Origin: Leptogorgia sarmentosa
Lineage: Eukaryota
Reading direction: 5' to 3'
Length of the DNA stretch: 64,000 bases
NCBI GenBank assembly: GCA_964658305.1
Contig: OZ210885.1
Span: forward strand, 9,734,001 to 9,798,000
Shown piece by piece: positions 1 through 11,900 of the stretch. The notes under the pieces were generated by a model that was given only the letters and a program-made list of their open reading frames with translations, made no database searches and was not told where the DNA came from. The translations under genes were made by a program, and so were the position numbers. Position 1 is the first letter of the stretch, and every line of letters starts with the position of its first letter.

Positions 1-30
1 ACATCTATGGTTGTCATGGGATCCTTAATG

Positions 31-831
31 CAGCGCCGGATTAACCCGTCATTGGGCCGGGGACAAACAAAAAGTAAAGGGCCGTAATTTGGTGAAAATG
101 AAAACATGAAACATATACGTAATGAAATTGAAAGTCTTGCCCATTGTATAGTCAAAAACGATAATATGCATGAACATAGGGAATAGCATTTTAACGTGAA
201 AGTGGCATTTACCACAGCGACATTAACTTAAGCGAGTCTAGTATTTCGTGTTCAATGCTAAGCATAAGCGTACGTGGTACATTTTTTACGAGGGGGGCAG
301 AAAGTTTATCTTTGCCCGAATTTGAGGGGAGCGAATGTCACGAGGCGCCACCATGCTTGGCGCCGAGCGAGAAATTTTTGAACTTTTACAACCTCGGATT
401 GCCGGAAACGGCGATTTCAAAGTCCTAAGTCCACTTTCTTAGTACGCTCGTTCAGGTGAACGACCGGAGGATTGTTGACATTACCTTATTCCTTCAACCT
501 ATTCCCCATGTTGCCCGAATTATGCTCAAAATCAGTGCCCGAATTTTCCAATTTGAATTTTTTTGGGGCCGCCCGCCTCGTACGGCTATGATGCTAAGTA
601 GATTGAAGTTTGCAATCTTATCGTTGTCTATAGACGCAGACAATTCTTGAGTAATTTAGGACTCTAGAATTTCCTGTCTTTCAACTGACCAATTTTTAAT
701 CAAAATTTGTTTTTTCGAAACCAACAGTAACTGAAATTTTTTATACATTGTTTTTCCAGGGCCGGTAAACAAGCTTTTGAGCTGGGGCCGGGGGCAAATG
801 CCCCCATTGCCCCCTAGATAATCCGGCACAG
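31..831. mobile_element. Non-autonomous hAT-like MITE
   Basis: Imperfect TIRs cagcgccggatta / taatccggcacag; perfect 8-bp TSD ccttaatg at 23-30 and 832-839. Confidence 0.8.
263..590. mobile_element. hAT-like MITE nested in the 31-831 element
   Basis: TIRs cataagcgtacg / cgtacggctatg; 8-bp TSD atgctaag at 255-262 and 591-598; a second copy in opposite orientation lies at 38067-38395. Confidence 0.85.
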
Positions 832-1622
832 CCTTAATGGATCACTCTAATTACTATATTTTTTTGTTCTTTTCATAATTATTATAATTACTCCTATTAT
901 ACCTATAAACAAAATGCTATTAATATTCTATTCTATTCTGTTCTTAACAACGTCTTTCCATTAAATATTTTCCCCACAAAATGATATGAACGCCAATCCA
1001 GTTATAAAAGCTTATTATTACGTATTTTAAATTCGAGAATTCCTTTCGAACTATTTTCTATTATTCTTGCTTGGTTACGTCAAACAGCTCATAAAGTAGC
1101 AAAATGAACAAAAAATCAGCCGTCAGAATCGAAGTTCTTGAATTCATAATATGTATTTAAAATGAATGAAGGCAAGAGGTAAATCGTGGTGGGGGGATGA
1201 CACAAGCATCGAGAGGGAGGGGGATGACACAAGTCACCAACTGTTTTGGCTGAAAGGATGAATATTGTGTCGTCCCCTAACGTTTTAACAGACAATTCAC
1301 CGAGCATTTGCATTTATATTTATCAAGTATAATGTACTTTATGTGCAGGAAACATTGTGTGTAAATCTAATTGAACTCTTGCGTTTAGCAATTACAATGC
1401 ATCTATATTTCAGCAGTCACGTTCACTAAATTACAGTTAAATTACTGCAATACGTGTGGAAAATGATTAATAAATGAACATGAAGGTTAATTCTATTCAA
1501 ATTGCTGTTTTTGCGTTACGCACATGGTTAAAAAATCTTTATTACGCTGTTAATTTGCTTCACATGCAATGAAGGTTACAATTGAACAATTAAACAGATT
1601 TATTTAATTGATGTAATTCGCC

Positions 1623-4600
1623 CAGTGAACTCAAATAAAACTGGAACGCTAGCTTCAGGTAAACATGCCCATAATGCCTGAAGCCAAGATGGCGGAAATT
1701 GAAGCCTCTCTTGTAGGTATAAAACACGCGTGTTTTTTGCGTGGGGTAGTCACGAAGGGTGAAAGCATGGCGACGAAACGCCGACGATGTTGTGGAAACT
1801 CGTTGTTCAAATGCGGAAATTTTGTAGTTTTTGTTTGAATTATGCAGGATTTTTACGCTATTTCTAAATCATTTTCAAAGGACAGTTTATTTCTAAATAA
1901 CAATTTACAATCGATCGAATATTTATCTTATTTTGTGAGGATACAATGTCTTCAATGTATTTGGACAAAATTCGAACGTTCAGAGTGAACTTCAACAAAT
2001 TTGTATTATTTTAACGAACGATCAATGGATTAAAGATAAGTATTCAAATATTTTTAAATATATAACTTTACTGATTATTAAACAAAATCATTTTGTTCAA
2101 ATGATGCCTAGAACTGGGCATTTCATTTTGTCCAACCGTCTCACTAAAGTGTTTCCCGTAGGTAAACAGACGCAGCGTGAAGTATTGATCTGCAGTCCAC
2201 TTGATTAGTCTCATTTGGTGGTCATTTCCCGTCTCGTGGTCTGCAAATACTGAATTGCTGGCTTCAAGAAACAAATGATGGCAGACCTTGAGTATCATTT
2301 TGTTTTTTAGATTTTTTACAGTGCTGATGCCATTCTGGATAACAGAAACTTTGAAAATATGTTCACATTGTTCGATTGTCCTAAATACGGACTTGGATGG
2401 TATTTTCAATCCACCGTTGTTGACGAACAGAGTGAATGCAGAAGCTGAAGACACTTCGTCATATGTGGACGCTCCACAGTAGTCATGATCTGATTGGAAA
2501 ATGTTGCCAACAAGACATTTCTTGCATTCTTCACAGGTGAGCTTCTTGATTAATTTTTTCACAATATATCCCCCAATGTAGAATAAAATGTTTGAAATGA
2601 AATCAGAGTGCATGTTCTGGTCCAAACGCTCAAACATTAAATTTTCTTCCACGTCTTCCTCATCTTGACCTTGAGTATTAACATTTTCATCCATGCCCTC
2701 GCTAAGTGGTGCCTTATGTTTTTTCCTGTGAAAAATTGGTATGATCGTGTTGGTTTCAAAATCCATGCAGTTGGCATTTTTAGAAGCAGTGATGGCATTT
2801 TTCATCATCATTTGTCGAAGAGCATACTTGAGCTGTAAACAGTTCGGGTTGTTGTTCCAACCTCCTCTTGACCGCACACAAGAGAAGAGAAGTTCCAGAT
2901 GGTCTTGGGAATACTTGTAAGTCAAAATGTACTTGAACGGGTTGTTGGGCATTGTAAACATTTGGTTGGCCATGTCAATGGTTGATACGATGTCGGTTAC
3001 AAAACCAATGATGAATGTCTTTCTTCTGTGGGTGGCTAAAAGCTTAGATTGTGAGCCTACTTTTAACGATAATAAATAGGTTGCTGTTGATTTCAATACT
3101 TCTTCATAGCTTGCTTTGTTTGCAAAACGTAAGGGCTGTTTGAATCCTTTCCCCACAGGGTTTCTTGAATTTAGCATATCAAAAAGGCGGTCAATCATCC
3201 TTATGAACCTAACAGTGCCATTACTATCTTGGAATTTAGTATTTTTCATCACCACATCTAAAAATTCGATGGCATCTGCCACAGAAGAGCTGAGTGTTTG
3301 TGCGGCCAGACGCACATTCATTTTATGCTTTTCAAACTTGATATGATTCAATGAAAGCTTGTTTCCCATCTTTAGTCCCTCTTGTTGTTGAAGCTTGTTG
3401 AGTTCTCGAAAGTAATCCCATTGTATCGTTTGGCCTTTGTCATCTGTGATGGTGCCAAGGAATGCCAATGCATTCCTTGCCAGCTTGAGCATATGGCAAG
3501 GATCTGCAATTACAAATACATCTTCTCCAGTAGTTGGGTGTGGAAATTTTGTTTTGAAGGTATTGTATGTTGAACCAAACTGACATCCTAGTTGCTCAAA
3601 GGTACTCAAATTTACAGATGTCCCATCTGCAGTAATTGACCACACCTTGAGTCCTGCTTCAGCTGCTTTAATCAGAGCCATCTTAATTAACTGTGTCTGA
3701 GTCAATGATGCAATTTTATCTGTCAAGAAGTAACCGACAGGGCATTTCCAATGGCTTCTTGACCCAACAAGAAGAAAAACATGTGCCTCTGTAGCCATTG
3801 TGTCTGGATCATCAGGAATTGGAACACCTTCTCCATAGTTTACAAAACCAACATAGCGATCATTCTTTGGCTCATATACTGTTTGCTTTCTTATAGCCAT
3901 TGCATCTATTATCATGCAGCAATCCTTTTTTATTGCATCCCTACTGACCTCACTTGCCAGTGCGTTAAAAGCTTCCTCAGAAAAGCCTGGTTCACAATTG
4001 ACTGAGGATAACCACCCTCGAAGACTTGAAGGATCAGGTAGAGGAATTATTGATCGAACGTATTTGTAGGCCTTAGGTGAATAAAAGTAAAGTGTTAGAG
4101 CAAACTCCTTCACTTGGTCATCATATCTTCTTCCTGATGGTTTTCTTTTTGCATTTTTTTTGGTGTTCTTAAAGAGTGATAGCTGGAGGTTATCAAATGA
4201 TGCATGTAGTATTCCTGCCTGTTCTGAACTGATGACCAGTTTTTCCTGCAAGTGGGAAATCAAATTTCCCATGTTATCTAATTTGTTTTTTGACCTTCTC
4301 AGCTTCTGTTGCAAATTTTTTATTTTTTGCCTTAGTTTCTGGGACAAATCTGGCTTCTCTTCTGCTTCTTCTTGCTCATTATCGTTCAAATCCTGACCTT
4401 CTGCCAAATTTTCTGTCATTTGTCTTGCATAGTTGTGATCTAGGAAGACCTTAGCCGCGGGAGACATGCCGCCTGACTCTCTGGGGAGGTTTCGTTTTCT
4501 GGGAATTCCTAGTCTATTTCTTTCGGCATTGGAAAGGCCCATGGCATTTGATTGGTCTGGCATTGAAAACACTGATGGCACTGCATATTTTTTTAATCTA

Positions 4601-5865
4601 CAGGGCCCATCAGAGGATGGTGGAATGATGTAATCTTGGTTCTCGAAATGGTTACTACAGATGAAACTAAATCTAGTGGCTTTCCACACTTGGTTATTAT
4701 TTAGCTTCATAACAGCACTTTCCCATTTCTGAAGCATATCCACATCCTTCAAAGGGAATCTGTACATACAAATGTATGGTTTAGTGTAATATGGTAAAGA
4801 TGTAATTCATTTTTTAAATGTTTATGGTGAATTTGAGTGCTTATCTCATTGTGTCTTTGTCACTGAATAGCTTATTGCTTTATCTACTTACCTACATTGT
4901 ACATACTTAGGTACATAGCCTGTGTACATAGTCATTGCATACAGGGCAATGAAATATAAGCTTATTGTGTATGCTTTTTCTATTATAACATAAAAGTGGA
5001 TTAAAATTTCCATTTTTCTGTAAAAATGTGTTTTTATCTTGTGAGTTATTATTTTCAGTGGGTTGTGTAGTTATAAAATATTTTAAAACTATTAGTCTTT
5101 ATTATATTTTGGGTTTGACATCTTTCACTGTTAGTTATAAATAAATGCCAGCTGATTGGTTGGGTAAATAAAAACTTGCCTGTGAAATGAAATATGTTTG
5201 TTTTCTTTCCCATCAACCTTGTAACCATTACTTTTGCACCCACGAATTGTGCAATTTACTGGCATATTTTTATCTTTATTTTAGGTAAATGTCTCCTCAG
5301 TTTTGCCTTTCAAAATTATTGTTTTTTAAATTTTAAAAAACTTTCCTCTCTGTCAGATTATAAAGTACTGGGGAGAATCAATTTTTGAACATAAATAGTA
5401 TGAAATATATAAGCTACTTAAAACGTAATTAACTTAAAAACAGTAAATGGAAGGCTTGTGCAAGTAGAGCTCTTGTTGTTCGTGTTGTGACTTGTGAGTG
5501 ATGACTTAATTACCTCAGACAATGACAAAATATTTGTTTTTGTTTTTTATACCGCATATAAACGTCTGTTTACAAAGTTTTCTCGAACAATGTCATACAA
5601 AAATAATTTTGCTGCTCCGTTAAGTGTTTCTAAAAGTTGTTCATGCAGAATACCTGCTCTATTCTGTGTTATTATTAACTAAAAAGGTCTGTAAATTGAG
5701 TGTTAAGACGAGACTTTTTTTACATATTCATAATTGCCGCCATATTGCCTACGGATAATCCGCGCAGGGGCCTGGATCATACCTACAAGACGAGCTTCAA
5801 TTTCCGCCATATTGGCTTCAAAATTTCCCGCCCAGCTAGCGTTCCAGTTTTATTTGAGTTCACTG
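1623..5865 (-). mobile_element. Full-length autonomous P-superfamily DNA transposon
   Basis: Perfect 32-bp TIR cagtgaactcaaataaaactggaacgctagct at 1623-1654 and 5834-5865; 8-bp TSD aattcgcc at 1615-1622 and 5866-5873; subterminal inverted repeat at ~1680-1720 / ~5779-5820; internal THAP transposase. Confidence 0.97.
2068..5265 (-). CDS. P-element (THAP9-like) transposase, 2 exons (5265-5180, 4759-2068), 925 aa
   Basis: Exon 1 MPVNCTIRGCKSNG...ISFHR supplies the first two THAP cysteines and joins through a GC-AG intron to FPLKD...W...ICSNHF...AVPS. Catalytic-region motifs IIDAM, TADG, DPCH and QDHLELLFS are present and the ORF is uninterrupted. Confidence 0.95.
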
Positions 5866-5969
5866 AATTCGCCTGATAATCAATGTCACATGATCAAATA
5901 CATGTGGGATGTGGACTCTGACAATACTAAATCATTATTGAATGATTTGAGGCATTTTAGATTGCCTAG

Positions 5970-5993
5970 CTACGTTCTTATCCATACGAATAA
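5970..5993 (-). CDS. Candidate terminal coding exon of the STAND gene (LFVWIRT-stop)
   Basis: Acceptor tcattgtttgcag in phase 0 matches the previous exon and completes the strand SGKK-LFVW. Confidence 0.5.
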   Translation of the reverse strand, partial: LFVWIRT

Positions 5994-8900
5994 CTGCAAA
6001 CAATGATGAACAATAGTATAACGTTAAAATTGCGTTAGCGAGTAGCAAAACATGTGAATTTTCGTTCAAGAAAATGTCCTCTGAGACGCGCTTTTAAATT
6101 ATTTTTCGCAATATTTTCATGTTTGATCTCTGATTCTACTGAAACAATTAGATTACTCGCTCTCTATTTCTACGAGATGATAGTTGATTCGGGCTTCGCC
6201 CTCATCAACTATCACCTCATAGAAATCTCGAGCTCGTAATCTAATTGTTAAATAGAAATCTCGAACTCGTAATCTTATTGTTAAGTAGAAAACAACCTTT
6301 GCGAATAGAATCGAGTAAAACCTCGCCAATTTACGACAGCTTTAGAACTTGGCAAAGTTATCTTACTGTTCTCAAAATGTATTTTCTACAAAAAACACAT
6401 GATGGTGGAAAAAAGAAGTTGTGGTGCCTTCGTATCTCGAAATTTGTTCGGGGTTTGCCCTGACATGCATTCCGTAGAAAATGTTATTTATCACGACCAT
6501 TATTAACTTATGTAAAATGCATTGCAAGCATTTAGACTTTTGTTCAAGGACGAGATTTAATTTAATTTAATTGTTTTAACCTGATCGCTCGATTTCTAGC
6601 CCATGTTATTCGCAAATATATATTTTAATAAAAACTGCCTTCGCATACTTTAATTTTAAAGGTTTCGCCGTCTTATACAAAATAGTATGGAATTTTTTTC
6701 ATATTCATTTTAAAATTATAGCTTTGGGTTATTGCGTCATCGCGGCTCGCACATTTCTGGTAATGAAAGAAAAATCCAGCAAGAAAAAAAATATTAATTT
6801 GGTTGATTTCTTCCTGACATGGTGTGAACAATGGGGATTTATTCCGAATTTGCTTCCCAATTTTCAAAATGAAGATTGGGGCGAAGTTCATTTGCAATAA
6901 TTCTAGAAACGCTTCATAACGTGTATGTGCATGTGCTGTTTTACATCATGAAATTTGAATTACAGCTCAACCAACAACAAGTAACACGCCCAAAAATAAC
7001 ATTTGAAAATCTCGTTCGGAAAATGATATACATACCTTTTTGCCAGAAGCAACTATGATATTATCGGAGCGGGACGCGATGAATTCTAACGCGGTAATGG
7101 AATCAGAACAAATGTTGTCATGTGACCATATTAACGTCGGCAAGTTTTCTTCAACATTCCAAAGCTTCACAGACCCACCGATAGACCCCGATGCAAAGCG
7201 ACGTGAACGATCATGACCTCCTACCTCGCCTCTAACTTGAGAAATGGCAACCTCGTGTGCTGGGAACTTCAACTGCGAGTTATTGTTAAGATGAAACCAT
7301 AACAGTTCTCCGTCATCACAACCAAGCAATGCATAGTTTGAACCAAGAGCAGTAATGCAAGTGACTTTAACGTCTGGTTGACCCAAATTAATGCTGGCCT
7401 CGATATCATTAAAAGTTCTAAGTTCGATTCTGTTTACCTCGTCAACAAAAACGAAACGGACATCATCACTTAATAAGCAGACAAGACGTATGGCGACTCC
7501 AGATGCGGTCTTTGCGAATTGAACTATTTTAGAACACTCTATGTCGACCAGCGACAATGTTCCCGAACTGCTTCCAGACAGAGCAAATTTCCCATTTGAT
7601 GTGATGTCAATTGCTGTAACTATCGAGTCGTCAGGGTGACCTGCATGAAGGAAGTAAAATTTTTATTTGAAGTATTCATGTATGCGACGCTTCAGCGGTG
7701 TAGCCTGCCAATCATCGAAAATTATCCTTCAGGCGACAAGTAATCTTTACAGTTGCAGCAATAGAAATTTTATTCAAATCCAGGTAGGAAAATGCATCGC
7801 TGATATCGAAAACGCAAAAGTAAGTCATTCACTGTTGTGAATAAAAGACTACTATACTGGAATAAAGGTCGTTTTCCATTACAGTCGTTTTGCCCGCCCA
7901 AAATTCAATCACTTTCACCTGATAAATAGTACGTACATTGGACGAACTTTAATTTGAATGGCCATAATATGTTTTAATTGTTCCCAATCATTGCAGTTAT
8001 ACTAATTTTGACACATAATCGGAACAGAAAATTGCCTGTAAAGCTAGTCATTGCAAGACAATTTCAGAGCTAACACGTCAATCGAATTCAATATTTGACT
8101 CATTCGCCAGTGAATGCATTGGTTTTTCGGGAAAAATATATTCTCCTTTAAAACGGATATTTCACACATATAAATTATTGCATGTGTGTACGAATATAAT
8201 AAAAAATCCTGTAGTCGCAATTTGAAATAGTCCTTGATTTACCCACCTGCATTATGGTCGATCGAACTATCAGTTGAAAGTTTCCACTGGGAAAACACAT
8301 TATTCTGAAGCGAGCCAAACAAAAGATCTTTGGCGTCGGGTGATATTACAGGTGCGACCCTCGGACGTACAGTCGATACTTGCAAAGAGTCGAGATTGAT
8401 TTCACAAATATGCATATCAAGGCTGCATGTGTAAATCATGTTGCGATCGCATGCTATTTCCATTGTATAGGACGCGGGTAAAATGGCTTCTTTCAAAGAC
8501 GCATCAGGCTTTTGCCAGTCCCAGATGAACACATGGTTATCTTCGCATCCAATTATAACTTGCAACGTATCAGAATTAAAGCGAACAATCTCAGGTGCGC
8601 CATTGCTATCAATTTCATTGATTACACTGCCATCGCACAAATTCCACACCTTAAAAAATAAAAGGAAAAATTAATATTCTGTATGAAGCTTAAAACTTGT
8701 GACTATAATGATTTATATTTAAACTAATTGCGAATATAATAGCTAACAAGTAGAGTAGGTATCGTTATTTATATTATGCGTGCTGCTCAAAGCGATTACT
8801 GGAAGTTAGTTTTTAAAGATGAGTAGATAGGGCGTAAAAAGTTAGTTGATACGTTCCAGATTAGTTTTTACGACTTAGTTTCCAAATTATACGTACACTG

Positions 8901-11900
8901 AGCTATAATATGAATGGACTAAGCGTCTGTAATGCATAAACAAACCCATCGCCAACTTTAACGGAAACTGAGCGTTTCGGCTTCGCCTCGTTGAATGGAA
9001 CATTCCATCTTTCACCTCATGAAAATATTCTTACCATTGCACTCATAAACATTCATTATTTGTATAATATAATATACCAGAGCGTGTAGACGCACAGCGG
9101 CCAGGACGCGGGCGCACTAGTACCCAGCCTCTTGAACAAGATGGCGGAGGCCGGAGCAGTACTGCATTTAGCGGCTCGTGGCGATCACTGAGCTATAAGA
9201 AGACTGGAGAGAGTGCACGCACTTTTTTTCAGATAAAAGAGTGAAGCCAAAATAATGGCGTGGATTCATGTGATTCGTCATCATTGCCATGACAGCAAAT
9301 ACTCCGTCCTCATGGTAGGTACCACTGACCAGGCTCAAATCTGAGCCCGCTGCCGTTTTCACACCCCCCTGGTTTTTTTCAAAAAAAATTTTGTTTTTGC
9401 AGAGCTTTGACTGCTTTTTATTAAATTTTCGTTTGTTTTCAATCTTTTTTTTCATGTTTTCGAGATATTTACAGACCATGAGGGTCATACATATTTTTTT
9501 CGTAACATTGATTGATATGAAAGACGATAAATGTACTTGAACGGACAAATCAAGGCTCTTGAAAATTTTATTGAATACACCATTTCATGATCCTGTTTTT
9601 TGTTCAGTGCGAATTCGGTAGAAAATTATATACATATGGTAGGTGAATTTCCTATTATTTCAACTGCTAATCACTAATCTTTGTGGTATGCACATAGTTT
9701 TGACGATGCGAACTATCTTGAGAGTTATGTACATGTGATGACAAAACAGCTGTCAGCACTTGTCACCTGAGAGTGTCAAGTTAAGACCCGAGGAACTCGT
9801 TTTATAAATAAACCCAACTTTGCTGCAGGCTGTTACTTGTAAAGGATAAATTAGGGTGGATAGATTTTCATTTTAAGTCAAAGCACAGATTGCAATCATA
9901 GCATTATAATTACTGTATGCATGTAATTCTGCCAAAACTGTCAAACACACACAAATTTCTTGTGGGGAGAGTATAAACCATCCTAGGTAAAAGGCTAGTA
10001 CAGTACAGAGTTGGCTGACTGGAATGGTTTAGGACTAGTTAAGGTTATGATCAGGTTGGTTATCAGTCATTTAAGAAGGCTATTCAAGTGTTGTGGATGG
10101 ACTCTTAAGCCAGATCATTCTGTTGTTTTACCACTTTACCCTTTGTCATTTTCACACTAATATGAACACATTCTGAACAATTTCACTCTGTATAATATAT
10201 TTTTTGTTTATTACAGATTTTTCCATAAAGACAGACACCAATTATAAATCTTTGGAGTTGAAGTCAGGAATTCATCAATTTCAAGATATCTTTATACAAT
10301 TATTAGCAGCAAGCAATTTAAAAATGTACTAATATTATTTTTTTAAAATACATATGCTCTGCTAGAAGACTAAATTCTACAATTTAATAAAATTATCATA
10401 ATATGTTATAAATATGACTGCAGTTTGTTGTTGTCTTTTTGGTGCCATATCCCTTCTGGTATCAAAGTACTGCATGGGCAGATAATTCCTGGAAAATACA
10501 AGACAATATCATAATACATTTGCTGATTTCTTAGCCCATTAGATCTCATTAATACACAAGGTTTCCCTTGTAAAACTATCAAAATTTTGGAGTTGATATC
10601 ACAGGGTATAAAAACAAGGCAAGGTGTATTCAAGCAATGTAACCCATAAAGCTGCAATGCAGCCAACCTTCCAGGAAATTATACTTGTTAGAAGGAAACT
10701 TCTGCCCTTCTATTAATAGATGCACCAACTATATCTCAGGAGTGCTTTAAATTTTCTATCAGAAAGAGATGGCTAATTGGCTATGCAGAGCTAAAAACAG
10801 CTGTAAATTTTAAGCCTCTTAAAGGCACATTGCTTGTCCATTAAGCCAGACTGTAAGTGCAAGTGTCTAGCTCAGTTGATGTGGCAATATACAAAAATCC
10901 TCACTACAACTTAACTTGATCTGAACTTTTACAGGACGTTTTATTTTAATACTGCAAAAACACCAGGCCATCCCATGTTTTTGCAAAAAAAAAATGCTAG
11001 AGCTCACATATGATCAATAAACAAAATGCGAACTTTCGAAACAAACATATTTTCCATTAACAAGACGTTTCATTCTGAATTTCTGCTGTTTATAATAGCA
11101 GTTTTTAATGCACTATCACATCTTCTAAATTTTATAAAATAGAGCTCGAAAAAATGAAAAGATGGAGTTTGACAATCAAAGCAGTTTCAAAAATCTTACC
11201 TGAAACAACTGAAAGAATACTTTATAGTGAATTATTGTGTAGGGAGAACACAACTTTATCACCGTGTTGCAAAAAGAGAGACGTGAGCTGCAAAATCTGG
11301 GGAAAAAACTTGTCAAAATACAATAAAAAAAAATTATGAAAAAATCTCTTGCAAAACCAGGGGGGTGTTTTCCATCCTCGGATGCTGAGGATCGCGGTTG
11401 GTCAGTGGTGCCTACCATGAGGACGGAGTATTTGCTGTCATGGTAACGGCTTGAAATCCGCCATGTTTTTGGCTTCACTCTTTTTCCGCGTGCGCTTCCT
11501 CCAGTATTCTATTATAGCTCAGTGGTGGCGATGCAATGGCGGCCATATTGGTCTGAATAAATTTCCTCCAAAAATGGCGTCTTTTTCCTTTTAAATTTGC
11601 CGTGAATAACTAATGAGGTCACACCAAGATGGACGCGATATTGAGATATTTTACACCCTTTATTTTAAAAGTTGTCTTGTTTCAACGCATAACTCGAATA
11701 GCAATGGAGCGAGTTTATGGTAAATTCATTAAATTGAAAAGGAGATCGTCTTGCACCCAGTCCCTCCTTGCGCGAAGGAGATAACCAAATTTGAAACGAG
11801 TTCAGTAAGTTTAGTAAGTTGTGGTCCTGAACTAAGCAAATTCAACTATTAGATTAAATTAGTTGCTCTGAATATATTCCCTAAACGAGTGCTAAAAAAT

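Noticed and set aside
4760..4767. ATG 4767 as the transposase start
   Set aside because: Lies in the intron acceptor and omits the first two THAP cysteines
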